Source: Malacoraja senta (Eukaryota). Taken from it: a stretch of 64,000 nucleotides of DNA. Below are positions 37,499 through 51,050 of this stretch, one piece after another; the first letter of the stretch is position 1; the number at the start of each line of letters is the position of its first letter. The translations under genes and the position numbers were made by a program. Where the stretch lies: NCBI GenBank assembly GCA_038087875.1, contig CM075978.1, positions 174,964,001-175,028,000 on the forward strand, read 5' to 3'. Under the pieces are notes generated by a model. The model was not told the DNA's origin. It searched no databases and saw nothing but the letters and a program-made list of their open reading frames with translations.

Positions 37499-40030
37499 AC
37501 AGTCTTCCCATAATACTAGGCGTCTCCTTAACATCATTCACTCTTCGAGTAATGAGACCCCGGAGATGGTGGTCTCCCTCGATGCCGAAAAGGCCTTCGA
37601 CAGGGTTGAGTGGAGGTACCTTTATGAAGCGATGGATAGGTTTGGCCTCGGCAACAGTTTTATTCTCTGGGTGAGCCTATTATATTCGTCTCCGGTGGCC
37701 TCAGTACAAACAAACGACATACTGTCGCCCCACTTCACACTTCAGAGAGGTACCAGACAGGGTTGCCCGTTATCTCCACTCTTGTTTGATGTCGCGATAG
37801 AACCCCTGGCGGTCTGGTTACGCGCAGAGAAGGGCTTTGAAGGTATTACACGGTTCGACACAACTCATAAAGTCTCATTGTATGCGGATGACCTGCTCCT
37901 GTACATCTCGAACCCAGTCAGTTCTCTCCCTGTGATTATGAATATTTTGGAACGGTTTGGTGCATACTCTGGTTATAAACTTAACTACCAAAAGAGTGAG
38001 CTACTACCGATTAACTTACCGTCTAAGCAGCTCCCTCGCTCTTTAACCTCAATCAAAAGGGCAGAGGATGGGTTTCGCTATCTCGGCGTTTTTATCACAA
38101 TACCCTTATCTGATATGTTCCGCACAAACTTTTTGCCTCTGGTTGAGAAAGCCGAAAAGGATTTTGATCGCTGGTCAGTCTTACCTCTATCCCTCGTGGG
38201 CCGGATAAATCTGGTTAAGATGGTTGTCCTACCCAAATTCCTGTATCTTTTCCAGCATATCCCCATACTTATCACCAAATCTTTTTTTGACAAATTAGAA
38301 AGGACAATATCTAAATTCTTATGGGGTAGCAAACCGGTCAGAATCCGAAAGGCGATACTGCAGTCTCCTAAGAGTGATGGCGGTTTGGCCCTCCCTGATT
38401 TTAGGCGATACTACTGGGCAGCTAACTTGCAAAAACTCCTGTATTGGATGAATGATGATTGCGAGCACCCACCGATCTGGGTATACATGGAAAAGGCGAG
38501 TTCACGTCTCCCATTGCGGTCTGTCTTATGCTCCCAACTCCCCCTTTCTATAACATCTGTGGGTGCAGGCCCAATTGTGTCCCTTTCGCTCAAGATATGG
38601 AGTCAATTTAGGAAAAACCTCGGTTTACAGGGTCCTTCCATCTTGACCCCACTGCTTAAAAATCACATTTTTAAACCTTCAAGTATAGACCACGCATTTA
38701 AAACCTGGCATAGTAATGGCATCAGTAGTATTAAAAACCTATATAAGGATGGTATCTTCTCATCTTTCGCGGAGCTCTCGTCTAACTACAACCTCCCAGC
38801 CTCCCACCTTTTTCGGTTTTTCCAGATTAGGGATTTTGTGAAGAAGACATTTCCCTACTTCCCAAATCGCCCTCCTGAAACCCTGACCGATATCATCTTA
38901 GCTTTAGACCCCAATCGGAAGAAATGCATCTCTATTTTATATAATTTGCTAGGGTCGGTTTTATTTAAACCTCATACCTCATTAAAAGCTGCGTGGGAGG
39001 GAGAGCTGAATACGCAATTAACAGACCAGCAATGGGACTCTGCCTTGGATTTGATCCACTCTTCTTCTATATGCGCTCGTCATGGCCTAATCCAATGCAA
39101 AGTCCTTTACAAAGTCCACTATACAAATGTAAGATTGGCTAGAATGTACCCAGCTGTCAATGACACCTGTAACAGATGTAGTCAATCTCCCGCCAACCAT
39201 AGCCACATGTTTTGGTCTTGCCCTAAGCTAGCAGCCTTTTGGAGGAGTGCTTTTGAATTGATAAGTAGAGCTTATGACCAGACTATTCTTCCAAATCCAA
39301 TGTCAGCCATTTTCGGCACCCCTCCTAATACCAACCTCTCTGTTGCGGTGAAACGGGTCCTAGCTTTTACAACCTTGTTAGCCCGGAGACTGATCTTGCT
39401 TAATTGGAGGCTCACCTGTCCCCCGACACACGCCCGTTGGATTAAAGAGGTGCTTTACAATCTGAAACTTGAAAAACTTAGGTTCTCTCTCAAAGGTTCT
39501 ACCAAGACATTCCTAGATACATGGAACCCTTTCCTTGAATTGGTTAACTCTCTTGCCTTGTCCCCGGACTCGGAAGAGGACTGAGTGTTCTCCATCATCG
39601 TTTTGTTCTACAGCAGCTGCTTTCCCCTTAACCCCCCCTCCCTACAATGGTTTATTGAGATATATGCGTATATATATATATATGTCTTAAAAAATTTAGA
39701 AAAAAGATTGATTGAGATTTTTATGTATACATATATATATATATATATTTTTTTTATTTTTTATTTTATTTTTTTTATTTTATTTTTTTATTTTTTATAT
39801 AGCACATTTTGTTTCGTCTATTCTACCATTTGTGTGTGGATGTGTATGTATGTGAGTGTTGTTTGTCCTCGTTTGGCTCCGACCTGACTTGGGTGGGTTG
39901 AAGGTGGGTATGGGTAAGGGTTTTGAGGATCGCTTACATACTGTTGTACAATTATGCCTTGATTATTACTGTCTGTTATTATTATATGTATGTAAATTGC
40001 CGTGAAATTCAAATAAAAAGAATTAAATTA
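37499..40030 (+). mobile_element. 5'-truncated L1-clade LINE with uninterrupted ORF2 remainder (37499-39584), inserted in a Rex1 fragment
   Basis: SLDAEKAFDRVEW, GTRQGCPLSPLLF, YADD, C..C...H.FWSC. AATAAA and A-rich tail; 10-bp TSD AAAAGATGCG (37489-37498 / 40031-40040). Rex1 sequence flanks both sides (about 37290-37498 and 40031-40340). Confidence 0.9.
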
Positions 40031-43000
40031 AAAAGATGCGCCATTGAAAACATTTTATCGGGACGCATCAAGGCATGGTTTGGGAACAGCTACACCCAAG
40101 ACTGCTAGAAATTACAGAGAGTTGCGGACGTACCCCAGACTACCACGTAGACTAACCTCTCTTCCATTGACTCCATCTGCACTTCGCACTCTACCTCGGC
40201 AAGGCCACCAGCATAATCCACTTCGCCCCCTCTTCCATCAGGCAAAAGGTACAGGTATGAAAATCCATTTCTGCAGATTCAGGGACAATTTATTCCTAGC
40301 TGTTATCCGACAACTGAACTATTCTCTCTTGAACTAGAGAGCCGTCCTGAATTCCCATCCAGCTCATTGGAGACCTTATTTACTGTACGTTATCGTATCC
40401 TTAACGGTATAGCCTTATCCTCTATCTGTACACTGTGGACGACTTGATATTATGGTCTTTTCACTGACTCACAGAAGTGAGGGTATTGGGATCTGGACAG
40501 AAGAGAAATTGAGTTGCGCCACGGTGAGTTTCAACGGTGGGGCATGTGTGACGGCCTTCTGTATGCATATGTTCCTGTGACAAAGTGCACAATATCTTGT
40601 GTAGGATATTCCTTTTCTCCAGAGATGCTGCCTGAACCGATGCGTTAACCACCCGCATTTTGTGTCTATCAGCAATATATTGTTGTTAATCCCGCACGTG
40701 ACTGCTCAAATTAACAAGGAGCCGACTCGACACACGTAAGCACACACAGGTATATTTGGGGAAATACCAAGGTGGATTCGCGTTTGATTCATCGAATCAG
40801 AATGGAGAACAGTGAACAAATGAATCACAGTGAAGTGGAGGGATGAGATACACCTGTATTTGGAATGGTATCCGTACAGTGGATATAGTAAGCATGGCTT
40901 TGTGTATGGGAGACGAATTTGCCAGAGTATTTTGAAGAAGCAACAAAGAAGATTGCTGGTGCCAGGGCCATAGACGTCGTCTTAATGGACTTCAGCAAGG
41001 CCTTTGAGAAGTACAAAGGACAGTATAGCATAGGAACGAGCCTTTTGGCCAAGTATATCTGCTCTGAACATGATGCGAAGTTAAACTAGAACTAATTTCT
41101 GGTATCATCTCAAGATTAAACCAATTCCGTATCATATGATTATTGTCGTCTTGTGTAAAACTTAGTTTACCTTGGCTTACATGGGACTATCATCAAAGCG
41201 ATAACGTCTGCTTATCTGCCCATAGCCATGAAGCATTCGATAGATTTTCAAGTAGAACAGAAGGGAGAAAATTTAACCGAACCCGATTTTCATCATGAAG
41301 TTTAATTTCTAAATGTTTAGAGATACAGCATGGAAACAGGCTCTTGGTTCACTGAGTCCAGGCTGTGCATTGATCATCCGTTCATACTCTTTCTATGTTT
41401 ATCCCACTTTCTCATCAAATGTTACCACACTAGGAACAATTTACAGCGGCCAATTAACCTACAATCCTGCGTACCCGGAGAAAATACATGCAGTCACCGG
41501 GAGAACGTACACACTCCACATAGACACCACCTGAAGTCAGGATCGAACCCGGGTACTTGGCGCTGCGAGTCAACAGCTCTACATACTGTGCCACTGTGCC
41601 GCCCCACATTCCATCCGTGTCAGATTGAACCCATGCAAGTGTGTGGCGGATGTGTGTGTGTCTGTGTATGTGCGTTTCTGTGCGTGTGCGCAGGCCGGGG
41701 CAACTGATTGAGAAAGATTTATATATATTGTGAAATAATAAGGCCCCGGCACTGATACCAGTAGTAATTGCCTGCCACCATGAGTAAACCATTCATCGTG
41801 TTAATAGTGGTAAGAAGTTAGCAATAGCGTTTCGCTGGTTCTGTCTGCCACAATGCGTTGAACCAGATTCATCAACAAAAAACTCTTTAAAAGACATTTA
41901 AAAGATCGTTGGACAGATACATGGATAGGAATCACGTGGAGGGATGGGGTCTAGGAGCAGCCACTTGGGACTAGATCGGTTGGCATAGACGAGTTGGGCT
42001 AATGTCCGGTTTCAGTGCAGTGTAGCTCTGTGCCTCTATGTATTTGGTAGATTTGGGTGAAACATGACTCCACGTAAAGATATCCACTCCGAATATATCC
42101 TACTCTCTTAATATGATTTGGAAGTTCTATCGTCTATCGTAACGAGTATCTGTACGTAAATATCGCAAGGATGTCAAGCGCATTTTGGCCACTTAAGGAT
42201 ATAATGAAAATAGGACGGTGAAACAGTAAGTTGTGACATTATCAGAATGTGGAAATCTAACAGAGGATGTTCGTAACAATACCAGAAAATGGATACAATA
42301 TATTCCTGCACTCTTTTCTTTCCATGTTTTCTTTACAATCAAATGAAGGACGATAACCGTTCATCCACACGTGTTAGATTCATCAATAACATCTATTAAA
42401 TTATGAAATTACAATGCAAGGATTTATTATTGGATATCATATTCCACGTTGAATGTCCAGTACATTGTTAGACATTTATTGTTTTGGAAGCAGGTCGTGG
42501 AAGTGCTACAGTTCTACCTTTTAAAAATATTCGACAGTGATGTTTAGCGAATTTTGGGCGATGGGAATATTGACCTGCAAGGACCTTTGATGATCGTTTC
42601 TCGGCACCCTGCAAATCACATGAATAGTGGATTGTAGACGAGTAATAGCAATCAAAAAAGATGTTCGTCGCTTGTCTCGCACATACAATGATTTAGTGAA
42701 ACAGAAATGTGCCCAATCATATTTAATGAATGACTGGGATTAACCTTCTTTCCCGAAATTTTGGCAACAATCCGACATCGTTGACATGGATTGCTAGTGC
42801 AACGAGAAGGCAGACCTTGTTAGTCCATCATTGGGGGGGGGGGGGGAGGGTTCATGCTGACCATTTACAATTTTATGTGGCGGGCCTTCGAGATATCTGC
42901 CCATCCCATTGCCTGCTCGCCTACTTCCGTTATGTACTTGTATAGGTGCCCCTGAAGAGGGCGCAGGGAATGTTCATTCGAGGCCTTCAACGATCAGTGG

Positions 43001-45473
43001 ACTCCACAGAGATTGGAATGTTCCATCGAGACAACAAAAACAATATTTTATTCTGTTTTTACTAATTCAATTGTTTAATAATGTTATGCTTAGAAATATA
43101 TTCAAATAATTTTCCAAAAAATTGTCCCATCAAAAAGTCCTCCGAATCTACTTGTCGGTTTATATTTAGTGCCAAAGAAAATACTCGCCATATTATCATG
43201 GGACACAATTGCACAAGGATTTGTTGTTATTAAAATGTGTGCCTACACTTATTTTAATTATGCAATTCTCATACAAAGAAGTAATCATTTTGACCCGTGT
43301 TTAATTATATGTAGTGTGGAAAACCACTTTAAAATGCACCCGCTAGAATCGGGTAAGGCAGTCAACGCTATACTTTATCAAAGAGTGCCTTATACAACGG
43401 CCGTTGCGAACAGTCAATCTGGCCCGTTCCCAGAACAAAGGTCACATGATCTTCTACACAGTTTTTTTCAGCGTTGTCCGTTTAGACTAATTGACCCAAC
43501 ATTCCTACGTTATCAGAATCATGTTTTGAATCATGCACTTCAGTTTGGCACATCGTCGTGCTCTGGCTTTCTTCCAATCACTCCCCAAGGCAACTATGTA
43601 AAATGTCCCAATTACCGTTCGGCCCTCTGCTCCCTTTCCCCTTTCTGGTTCTCTTCTTGCAAACCCCCCCCAAATAATTTAAGTACAAGCTTTATTTGCT
43701 ACTTTTGTTACTTTGTTACGTCTCTCCGATGTTTACGAGGCACGTGCACATCCTTTACAATAATTTCGCAGCTATCCAATACACTTGTGATCACAAGGCA
43801 CTGTTTGGAGGGTAATTGAAACCCTCCCAAATATATGTGTCCGGAAACCTTTTTGGTGATCGAGGATCTGAGCTTTGGGGGAAAAGGAGATACTTTGTTC
43901 CACCATCATCAGCAACATTTATGAAGCGAAAAGCTATGAACAGTACTAGGGTTATGGGAACGAAGACATATTACCTTTGCACCAAGGAGGCCCCTATCAA
44001 TCCCAACCCTCCCGTTGCACATCCCCACCTTGACCATGTACTCCTCTTACTACTGCCCTGTATCCTAGCAGCGTCTTTGCGGATATGGCCAGCCAGGTTA
44101 TTGATGTTATCTTTTGCATCATGGTTAAATTAAAAACTTTCAGATCCTATGACGGCACTTGTTCCTCCTTTTTCTGCTTGGAAGAAATACAAAGCTATTC
44201 AGTTCTGCAGGCCAATCATCAGGATGGCCATCATCTCCGCATTTATTTCTTGAAGGCTATGGCAATGTCATTGATAATCTTTTCTAATGCAGAGGCGAGT
44301 TTGATGGTCTCTCCCGCCACCTTCGATGGTCTTTCTCACCCCGAACCAAGACATTGCAGTAAGAAGGAACATTTGAGATTCAATGACGGTCCGCCTGGTC
44401 AGTGTTCCGCTGAGAGTGCGTTAGGGGTAACGAGGTGATGTCGCAGACATATGCATCACGTAGGCTAGATAGGCAAGCTTGCCCAATCCTGGGGCAACCT
44501 GACATTGGCCCTACGGACGCAGACAAAGAATGAAACATTGTAGGTGGTAAAGAATTCTACCGAGTGGGGAATCCGGTGTTTTGAAAAAAGTCTCCAGTTG
44601 AACAGTTACAGGCCATAACATGACTGTATTCCCTTCGTGTAGCATCGCCTGAACCATCAGGCATATTGAAATATTGATGGGCCACAATGGTCCCCACTTA
44701 CATGCGTCCCCTCTGTTGCTTGACAAGGCAAATTGCTTCTTCAGGCCTTCCTTCACCCGATATATTAGTGAGAGTCAAGAAAGTGGAAGATGTACGGTGA
44801 ACTGCAGAAGCTGGTTAAAACCGAAGACAGACACGAACATTTGGAGTAACTCGGCGGATCAGCCAGCATCTCTGGTGAAAAGTAATAGGTGACGTTTCGG
44901 TCGAGATCCTTCTTCAGAAAGAGGAATATCGGGTACGATAGTAGATGGCGTCAAGTTGGGAAAAGGTGAAGTACAACGGGATCTGGGTGTCCTTGTACAT
45001 CAGTCTATGAAAGTAAGCATGCAGGTACAGATGGTAGTGAAGAAAGCGAATGGCATGTTGGCCTTTATAACAAGAGGAATCGAATATAGGAGCAAAGAGG
45101 TCCTTCTGCAGTTGTACAGAGCCCTAGTGAGACCGCACCTGGAGTATTGTGTGCACTTTTGGTCCCCTAATTTGAGGAAGGACATTCTTGCTATTGAGCG
45201 AGTGCAGCGTAGGTTGACAAGGTTAATTCCCGGGATGGCGGGACGCTCGTATGCTGAGAGAATGGAGCAGCTGGGGTTGTACACTCTGGAGTTTAGAAGG
45301 ATGAGAAGGAATCTCATTGAAACATATAAGAATGTTAAGGGTTTGGACACGCTAGAGGCAAGAAACATGTTTCCTATGTTGGGGGAGTCCAGAACCAGGG
45401 GCCACAGTTTAAGGATAAGGAGTAAGCCATTTAGAACGGAGACGAGAAAACACTTTTTCTCCCAGAGAGTGGT

Positions 45474-45755
45474 CTTCTTCTTCGAGTCCGTTGCAATCTC
45501 AGATGTCGTTCTGCCAGTATCTGGCGCAGGTCACAGCTGGTCGAGTCGGTTCAGCCAGGTCCTGGGGGCTGCACTGGGGGGCGTCGTCACACTCCAGTAG
45601 GTGGGGCATTGTCTGTACTGCTCCACAGCTGCATGTGTCTTCTGCCTGGTAGTTCCATGCTTTCATAAATGCTTTACACCTCCCCTGCTCCACTCGTAAT
45701 CTGTTGAGGGTCTTCCAGGTTGGCCATGGGAGGTCGTGCCCGCTGGCGAGGCATA
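45474..45755 (-). mobile_element. 5'-truncated non-LTR retrotransposon 3' end (RTE/RTEX-like) present only in duplicate copy 1
   Basis: WNYQAEDTCSCGAVQTMPHLLEC; (GAA)n tail; 11-bp TSD CAGAGAGTGGT (45463-45473 / 45756-45766); empty site at about 49070. Confidence 0.8.
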
Positions 45756-46194
45756 CAGAGAGTGGTGAGTCTGTGGAATTCTCTGCCTCAGAGGGCGGTG
45801 GAGGCAGGATCTCTGGATGCTTTCAAGAGAGAGCTAGATAGGGCGCTTAAAAATAGCGGAGTCAGGGGATATGGGGAGAAGGCAGGAACGGGGTACTGAT
45901 TGGGGATGATCAGCCATGATCACATTGAATGGAGGTGCTGGCTCGAAGGGTCGCATGGCCTACTCCTGCACCTATTGTCTATTGTCTATTGTCTATTGTC
46001 GATTTGGGTTGGCACCCCCATGAGTATCGATTTAGTGCTTAAGCTGCTGATTTCTATTTCTGGAACTCCGGCCTGGTAGCGTAGTTATATCATCATCTCC
46101 AATGAGGACCATCATTCCTTTTGAGATTCATACAAGCAGACCAGATGGTGGTATTATTCCGGGAAGTGTGCCACTCGGCTATTTCAGACACCTT

Positions 46195-46339
46195 CTTCTT
46201 CTTCTTCTTCTTTCGTGTGGCGTGCACAGCCTAAAGTTGTTGGACAGCTTGTTCTATATGATCTTCCGTTTGTGCACGTCGAGTTGATTGCATTAGTCGA
46301 AACAGGGCGGACCATGTGAAGGTTGCAATCTTCCACCCC
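46195..46339 (-). mobile_element. (GAA)n-tailed short retroposon (duplicate at 49485-49626)
   Basis: 11-bp TSD TCAGACACCTT; same family as 6097-6254. Confidence 0.8.
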
Positions 46340-47466
46340 TCAGACACCTTGATAGCGATAGACTTCGGGAGGTTACATCCTTTAGAGTGGATGGGCACAT
46401 GTGTACGCACCCAACAAATGGAAAGATTATTCCTTCCCACATAATAATAGGATATATTTATATATATATATAAGAATGTATGAATGTAGCTACCTTTTAC
46501 GTGTTGTATCGTTGAATCCGCTCTTCTCCTGCCTCCTACATTTTAAACTTGTCTGGATGCCTTGTCACCACATGATATGCAATGGGCACGACTTCGATGA
46601 ACAATTATTGCAGTTCTATAGAAAGCTGCATTGTTGCCTTCTAATCGTATCTGCGTCCAATTCCTTACATCGGGTTTTACTAAATTATTGTTACATGTAA
46701 TAGTTTCGCCAAAACATAAACACGCAGTTCGGTTCACTGATTCTTCACATGTTTTCTGGATTGCTTAATGCTGGTGGAAATTCATTTTCATCATCCTGAT
46801 TCTCCAAGAACGCCAAATGGACACCCAATCAGTGGCAGTCGGATCCGCCCACAAGCAAGGCTGGCAGTTTTCCTTTGGCATTGGTAGCGACACTGGGCGA
46901 AGTCCCAACTAATGAGCGCCCCTCAAGGCTGTGTCATTCTTTTTCCATATCAGCAACATTTCACGGTTAACAATTGACAGTAAAATACATCAACATACAC
47001 CTGTTTGCTAACTGTGGAAATTATACAAGGTTGTTACAGAATGTTCAATCAAGGTTACTACTGAATCTTTTATCTGAAATCCGCAGTAGCTCCATAGCCG
47101 TTCTTTAGTTGCTCTTTATTTTGCATGCTATCCCTTTAACAATTTCCACCCAATAAATCACTACTCAATATGTCATGTCCTGTCACTTTCCTTACATTCC
47201 ACCGTTTGATGCCTTGGATCACTAGTGAAGTAAATATCGCGTCCACTGGAAACTTTAATGGTCGCACTATTACAGGGTCAGTCTTTGACCCCTGGGACAC
47301 AGTGACAGTTTAGCCCCGATCTCTCAGTATGTACGATAACGTAATTCCACGGCTCATTGGTTAGATTCGATACGATACAATACGATACGATAAAACTTTA
47401 TTCATCCCCGGAGGGAAATTGGTCTGCCGACAGTCACAACACACAAGGTCCACCAAAATTTGAAAG

Positions 47467-50400
47467 GAGGATCTGAGCTTTGGGGAAAAAGGAGATACTT
47501 TGTTCCACCATCATCAGCAACATTTATGAAGCGCAAAAGCCATGAACAGTACTAGAGTTATGGGAACGAAGACATATTACCTTTGCACAAAGGAGGCCCC
47601 TATCAATCCCAACCCCCCCGTTGCACATCCCCACCTTGACCATGTACTCCTCTTACTACTGCCCTGTATCTTAGCAGCGTCTTTGCGGATATGGCCAGCC
47701 AGGTTGCAGATGTTATCTTTTGCATCATGGTTAAATTAAAAACGTTCAGATCCTATGACGGCACTTGTTCCTCCTTTTTCTGCTTGGAAGAAATACTTCC
47801 CTATTCAGTTCTGCAGGCCAATCATCAGGATGGCCATCATCTCCGCATTTATTTCTTGAAGGCTATGGCAATGTAATTGACAATCTTTTCTAATGCAGAG
47901 GCGAGGTTGATGGTCTCTCCCGCCATCTTCGATGGTCTTTCTCACCCCGAACCAAGAGATTGCAGTAACAAGGAACATTTCAGATTCAGTGACGGTCCGC
48001 CTGGTCAGTGTTCCGCTGAGAGTGCGTTAGGGGTAACGAGGTGATGTCGCAGACAAAAGGCATCACGTAGGCTAGATAGGCAAGCTTGCCCAATCCTGGG
48101 GCAACCTGACATTGGCCCTACGGACGCAGACACAGAATGCACCATTGTAGGTGGTAAAGAATTCTACCGAGTGGGGAATCCGGTGTCTTGAAAAAAGTCT
48201 CCAGTTGAACAGTTACAGGCCATAACATGACTGTATTCCCTTCGTGTAGCATCGCCTGGACCATCAGGCATATTGAAATATTGATGGGCCAAAATGGTCC
48301 CCACTTCCACGCGTCCCCTATGTTGCCTGACAAGGCAAATTGCTTCTTCAGGCCTTCCTTCACCCGATATATTAGTGAGAGTCAAGAAAGTGGAAGTTGT
48401 ACGGGGAACTGCAGAAGCTGGTTAAAACCGAAGACAGACACGAACATTTGGAGTAACTCGGCGGATCAGCCAGCATCTCTGGTGAAAAGTAATAGGTGAC
48501 GTTTCGGTCGATACACTTCTTCCGAAAGAGGAATATCGGGTACGATAGTAGATGGCGTCAAGTTGGGAAAAGGGGAAGTATAACGGGATCTGGGGATCCT
48601 TGTACATCAGTCTATGAAACTAAGCATGCAGGTACAGCAGGTAGTGAAGAAAGCGAATGGCATGTTGGCCTTTATAACAAGAGGAATCGAATATAGGAGC
48701 AAAGAGGTCCTTCTGCAGTTGTACAGAGCCCTAGTGAGACCGCACCTGGAGTATTGTGTGCACTTTTGGTCCCCTAATTTGAGGAAGGACATTCTTGCTA
48801 TTGAGGGAGTGCAGCGTAGGTTGACAAGGTTAATTCCCGGGATGGCGGGACTGTCGTATGCTGAGAGAATGGAGCAGCTGGGCTTGTACACTCTGGAGTT
48901 TAGAAGGATGAGAGGGAATCTCATTGAAACATATAAGATTGTTAAGGGTTTGGACACGCTAGAGGCAAGAAACATGTTTCCTATGTTGGGGGAGTCCAGA
49001 ACCAGGGGCCACATTTTAAGAATAAGGAGTAAGCCATTTAGAACGGAGCCTAGGAAACACTTTTCTCACTGAGAGTGGTGAGTCTGTGGAATTCTCTGCC
49101 TCTGAGGGCAGGATCTCTGGATGCTTTCAAGAGAGAGCTAGATAGGGCGCTTAAAAATAGCGGAGTCAGGGTATATGGGGAGAAGGCAGGAACGGGGTAC
49201 TGATTGGGGATGATCAGCCATGATCACATTGAATGGCAGTGCTGGCTCGAAGGGTCGAATGGCCTACTCGTGCACCTATTGTCTATTGTCGATTTGGGTT
49301 TGTACCCCCATGAGTATAGATTTAGTGCGTAAGGTGCTGATTTCCATTTCTGGAACTCCGGCTTGGTAGCGTAGTTATATCATCATCTCCAATGAGGACC
49401 ATCATTCCTTTTGAGATTCATACAAGCAGACCAGATGGTGGTATTATTCCGGGAAGTGTGCCACTCGGCTATTTCAGACACCTTCTTATTCTTCTTCTTT
49501 CGTGTGGCGTGCACAGCCTAAAGTTGTTGGACAGCTTGTTCTATTTGATCTTCCGTTTGTGCACGTCGAGTTAATTCCATTAGTCGAAACAGGGCGGTCC
49601 ACGTGAAGGTTGCAATCTTCCACCCCTCAGACACCTTGATAGCGATAGACTTCGGGAGGTTACATCCTTTAGAGTGGATGGGCACATGTGTACGCACCCA
49701 ACAAATGGAAAGATTATTCCTTCTCACATAATAATAGGATATATTTATATATATATAAGAATGTATGAATGTAGCTACCTTTTACGTGTTGTATCGTTGA
49801 ATCCTCTCTTCTCCTTCCTCCTACATTTTAAACTTGTCTGGATGCCTTGTCACCACAGGATATGCAATGGGCACGACTTCGATGAACAATTATTGCAGTT
49901 CTATAGAAAGCTGCATTGTTGCCTTCTAATCGTGTCTGCGTCCAATTCCTTACACCGGGTCTTATTAAATTATTGTTGCATGTAATAGTTTCGCCAAAAC
50001 ATAAACACGCAGTTCTGTTCACTGATTCTTCACATGTTTTCTGGATTGCTTAATGCTGGTGGAAATTCATTTTCATCATCCTGGTTCTCCAAGAACGCCA
50101 AATGGACACCCAGTTAGTGGCAGGCGGATCCGCCCACAAGCAAGGCTGGCAGTTTTCCCTTGGCATTGGTAGCGACACTGGGCGAAGTCCCAACTAATGA
50201 TCGCCCCTCAAGGCTGTGTTATTCTTTTTCCATATCAGCAACATTTCACGGTTAACAATTGACAGTAAAATACATCAACATACACCTGTTTGCTAACTGT
50301 GGTAATTATACAAGGTTGTCACAGAATGTTCAATCAAGGTTACTACTGAATCTTTTATCTGAAATCCGCAGTAGCTCCATAGCCGTTCTTTAGTTGCTCT

Positions 50401-50750
50401 TTATTTTGCATGCTATCCCTTTAACCATTTCCACCCAATAAATCACTACTCAATATGTCATATCCTGTCACTTTCCTTACATTCCACCGTTTGATGCCTT
50501 GGATCACTAGTGAAGTAAATATCGCGTCCACTGGAAACTTTAATGGTCGCACTATTACAGGGTCAGTCTTTGACCCCTGGGACACAGTGACAGTTTAGCC
50601 ACGATCTCTCAGTATGTACGATAACGTAATTCCACGGCTCACTGGTTATATTCGATACGATACAATACGATACGATAAAACTTTATTCATCCCCGGAGGG
50701 AAATTGGTCTGCCGACAGTCACAACACACAAGGTACACCAAGATTTGAAA
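47467..50750. repeat. Tandem segmental duplication, copy 2 (about 3284 bp)
   Basis: Collinear with copy 1 but lacks the 282-bp insertion. Confidence 0.95.
47470..49850 (-). pseudogene. Decayed ERV env, copy 2
   Basis: Duplicate of copy 1, sharing the LQN-TGA stop and the older insertions. Confidence 0.8.
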
Positions 50751-51050
50751 TTAAAAGTGAGAAGAAAAATAAAAAGAAAAGCGACTCTTGGCCGGCTGCC
50801 GTGTGCACAGCGCATTCACTGGAACAAATGAACACAGACTCATCGTCTGGCCAGAGGATTCCAAACTAGAGTGCCCCCTCTCCCCACAACGGGTCCCATT
50901 TGTTCTCTTGCCGTCCCCTATAGCTGTCACCCCACGCCGGGTCCCCATTGTTCTTCACGGCGGCCCCCCCACGCCGGGTCCGCATTGTTCTTCACGGCGG
51001 CCCCCCTACGTCGGGTCCCCATTGTTCTTCACATCCACATTTAATTAGTA

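Larger units (their letters stand above)
43870..46560 (-). pseudogene. Decayed endogenous retrovirus env (class I, gamma/epsilon-like), copy 1, interrupted by Penelope repeat, CR1 and SINE insertions
   Basis: Multi-frame translation in the correct order: NLSICWVRTHVPIHSKG (SU N-terminus), FVCVRRANVRLPQDWA/YLAYV (SU C-terminus), TRR-TVIESQMFLLTAMSWFGV (cleavage site/fusion peptide), IKLASALEKIIND, LQEINAEMMAILMIGLQN*IALYFFQAEKGGTSAVIGSE (ISD), then a hydrophobic TM-like stretch. Confidence 0.8.
43862..47466. repeat. Tandem segmental duplication, copy 1 (3605 bp)
   Basis: GAGGATCTGAGCTTTGGG starts at 43862 and again at 47467; collinear throughout. Confidence 0.95.

Noticed and set aside
43169-43819. 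216-aa plus-strand ORF
   Set aside because: No recognisable motif, a GTG start and no splice context; most likely a chance ORF next to the env relic.
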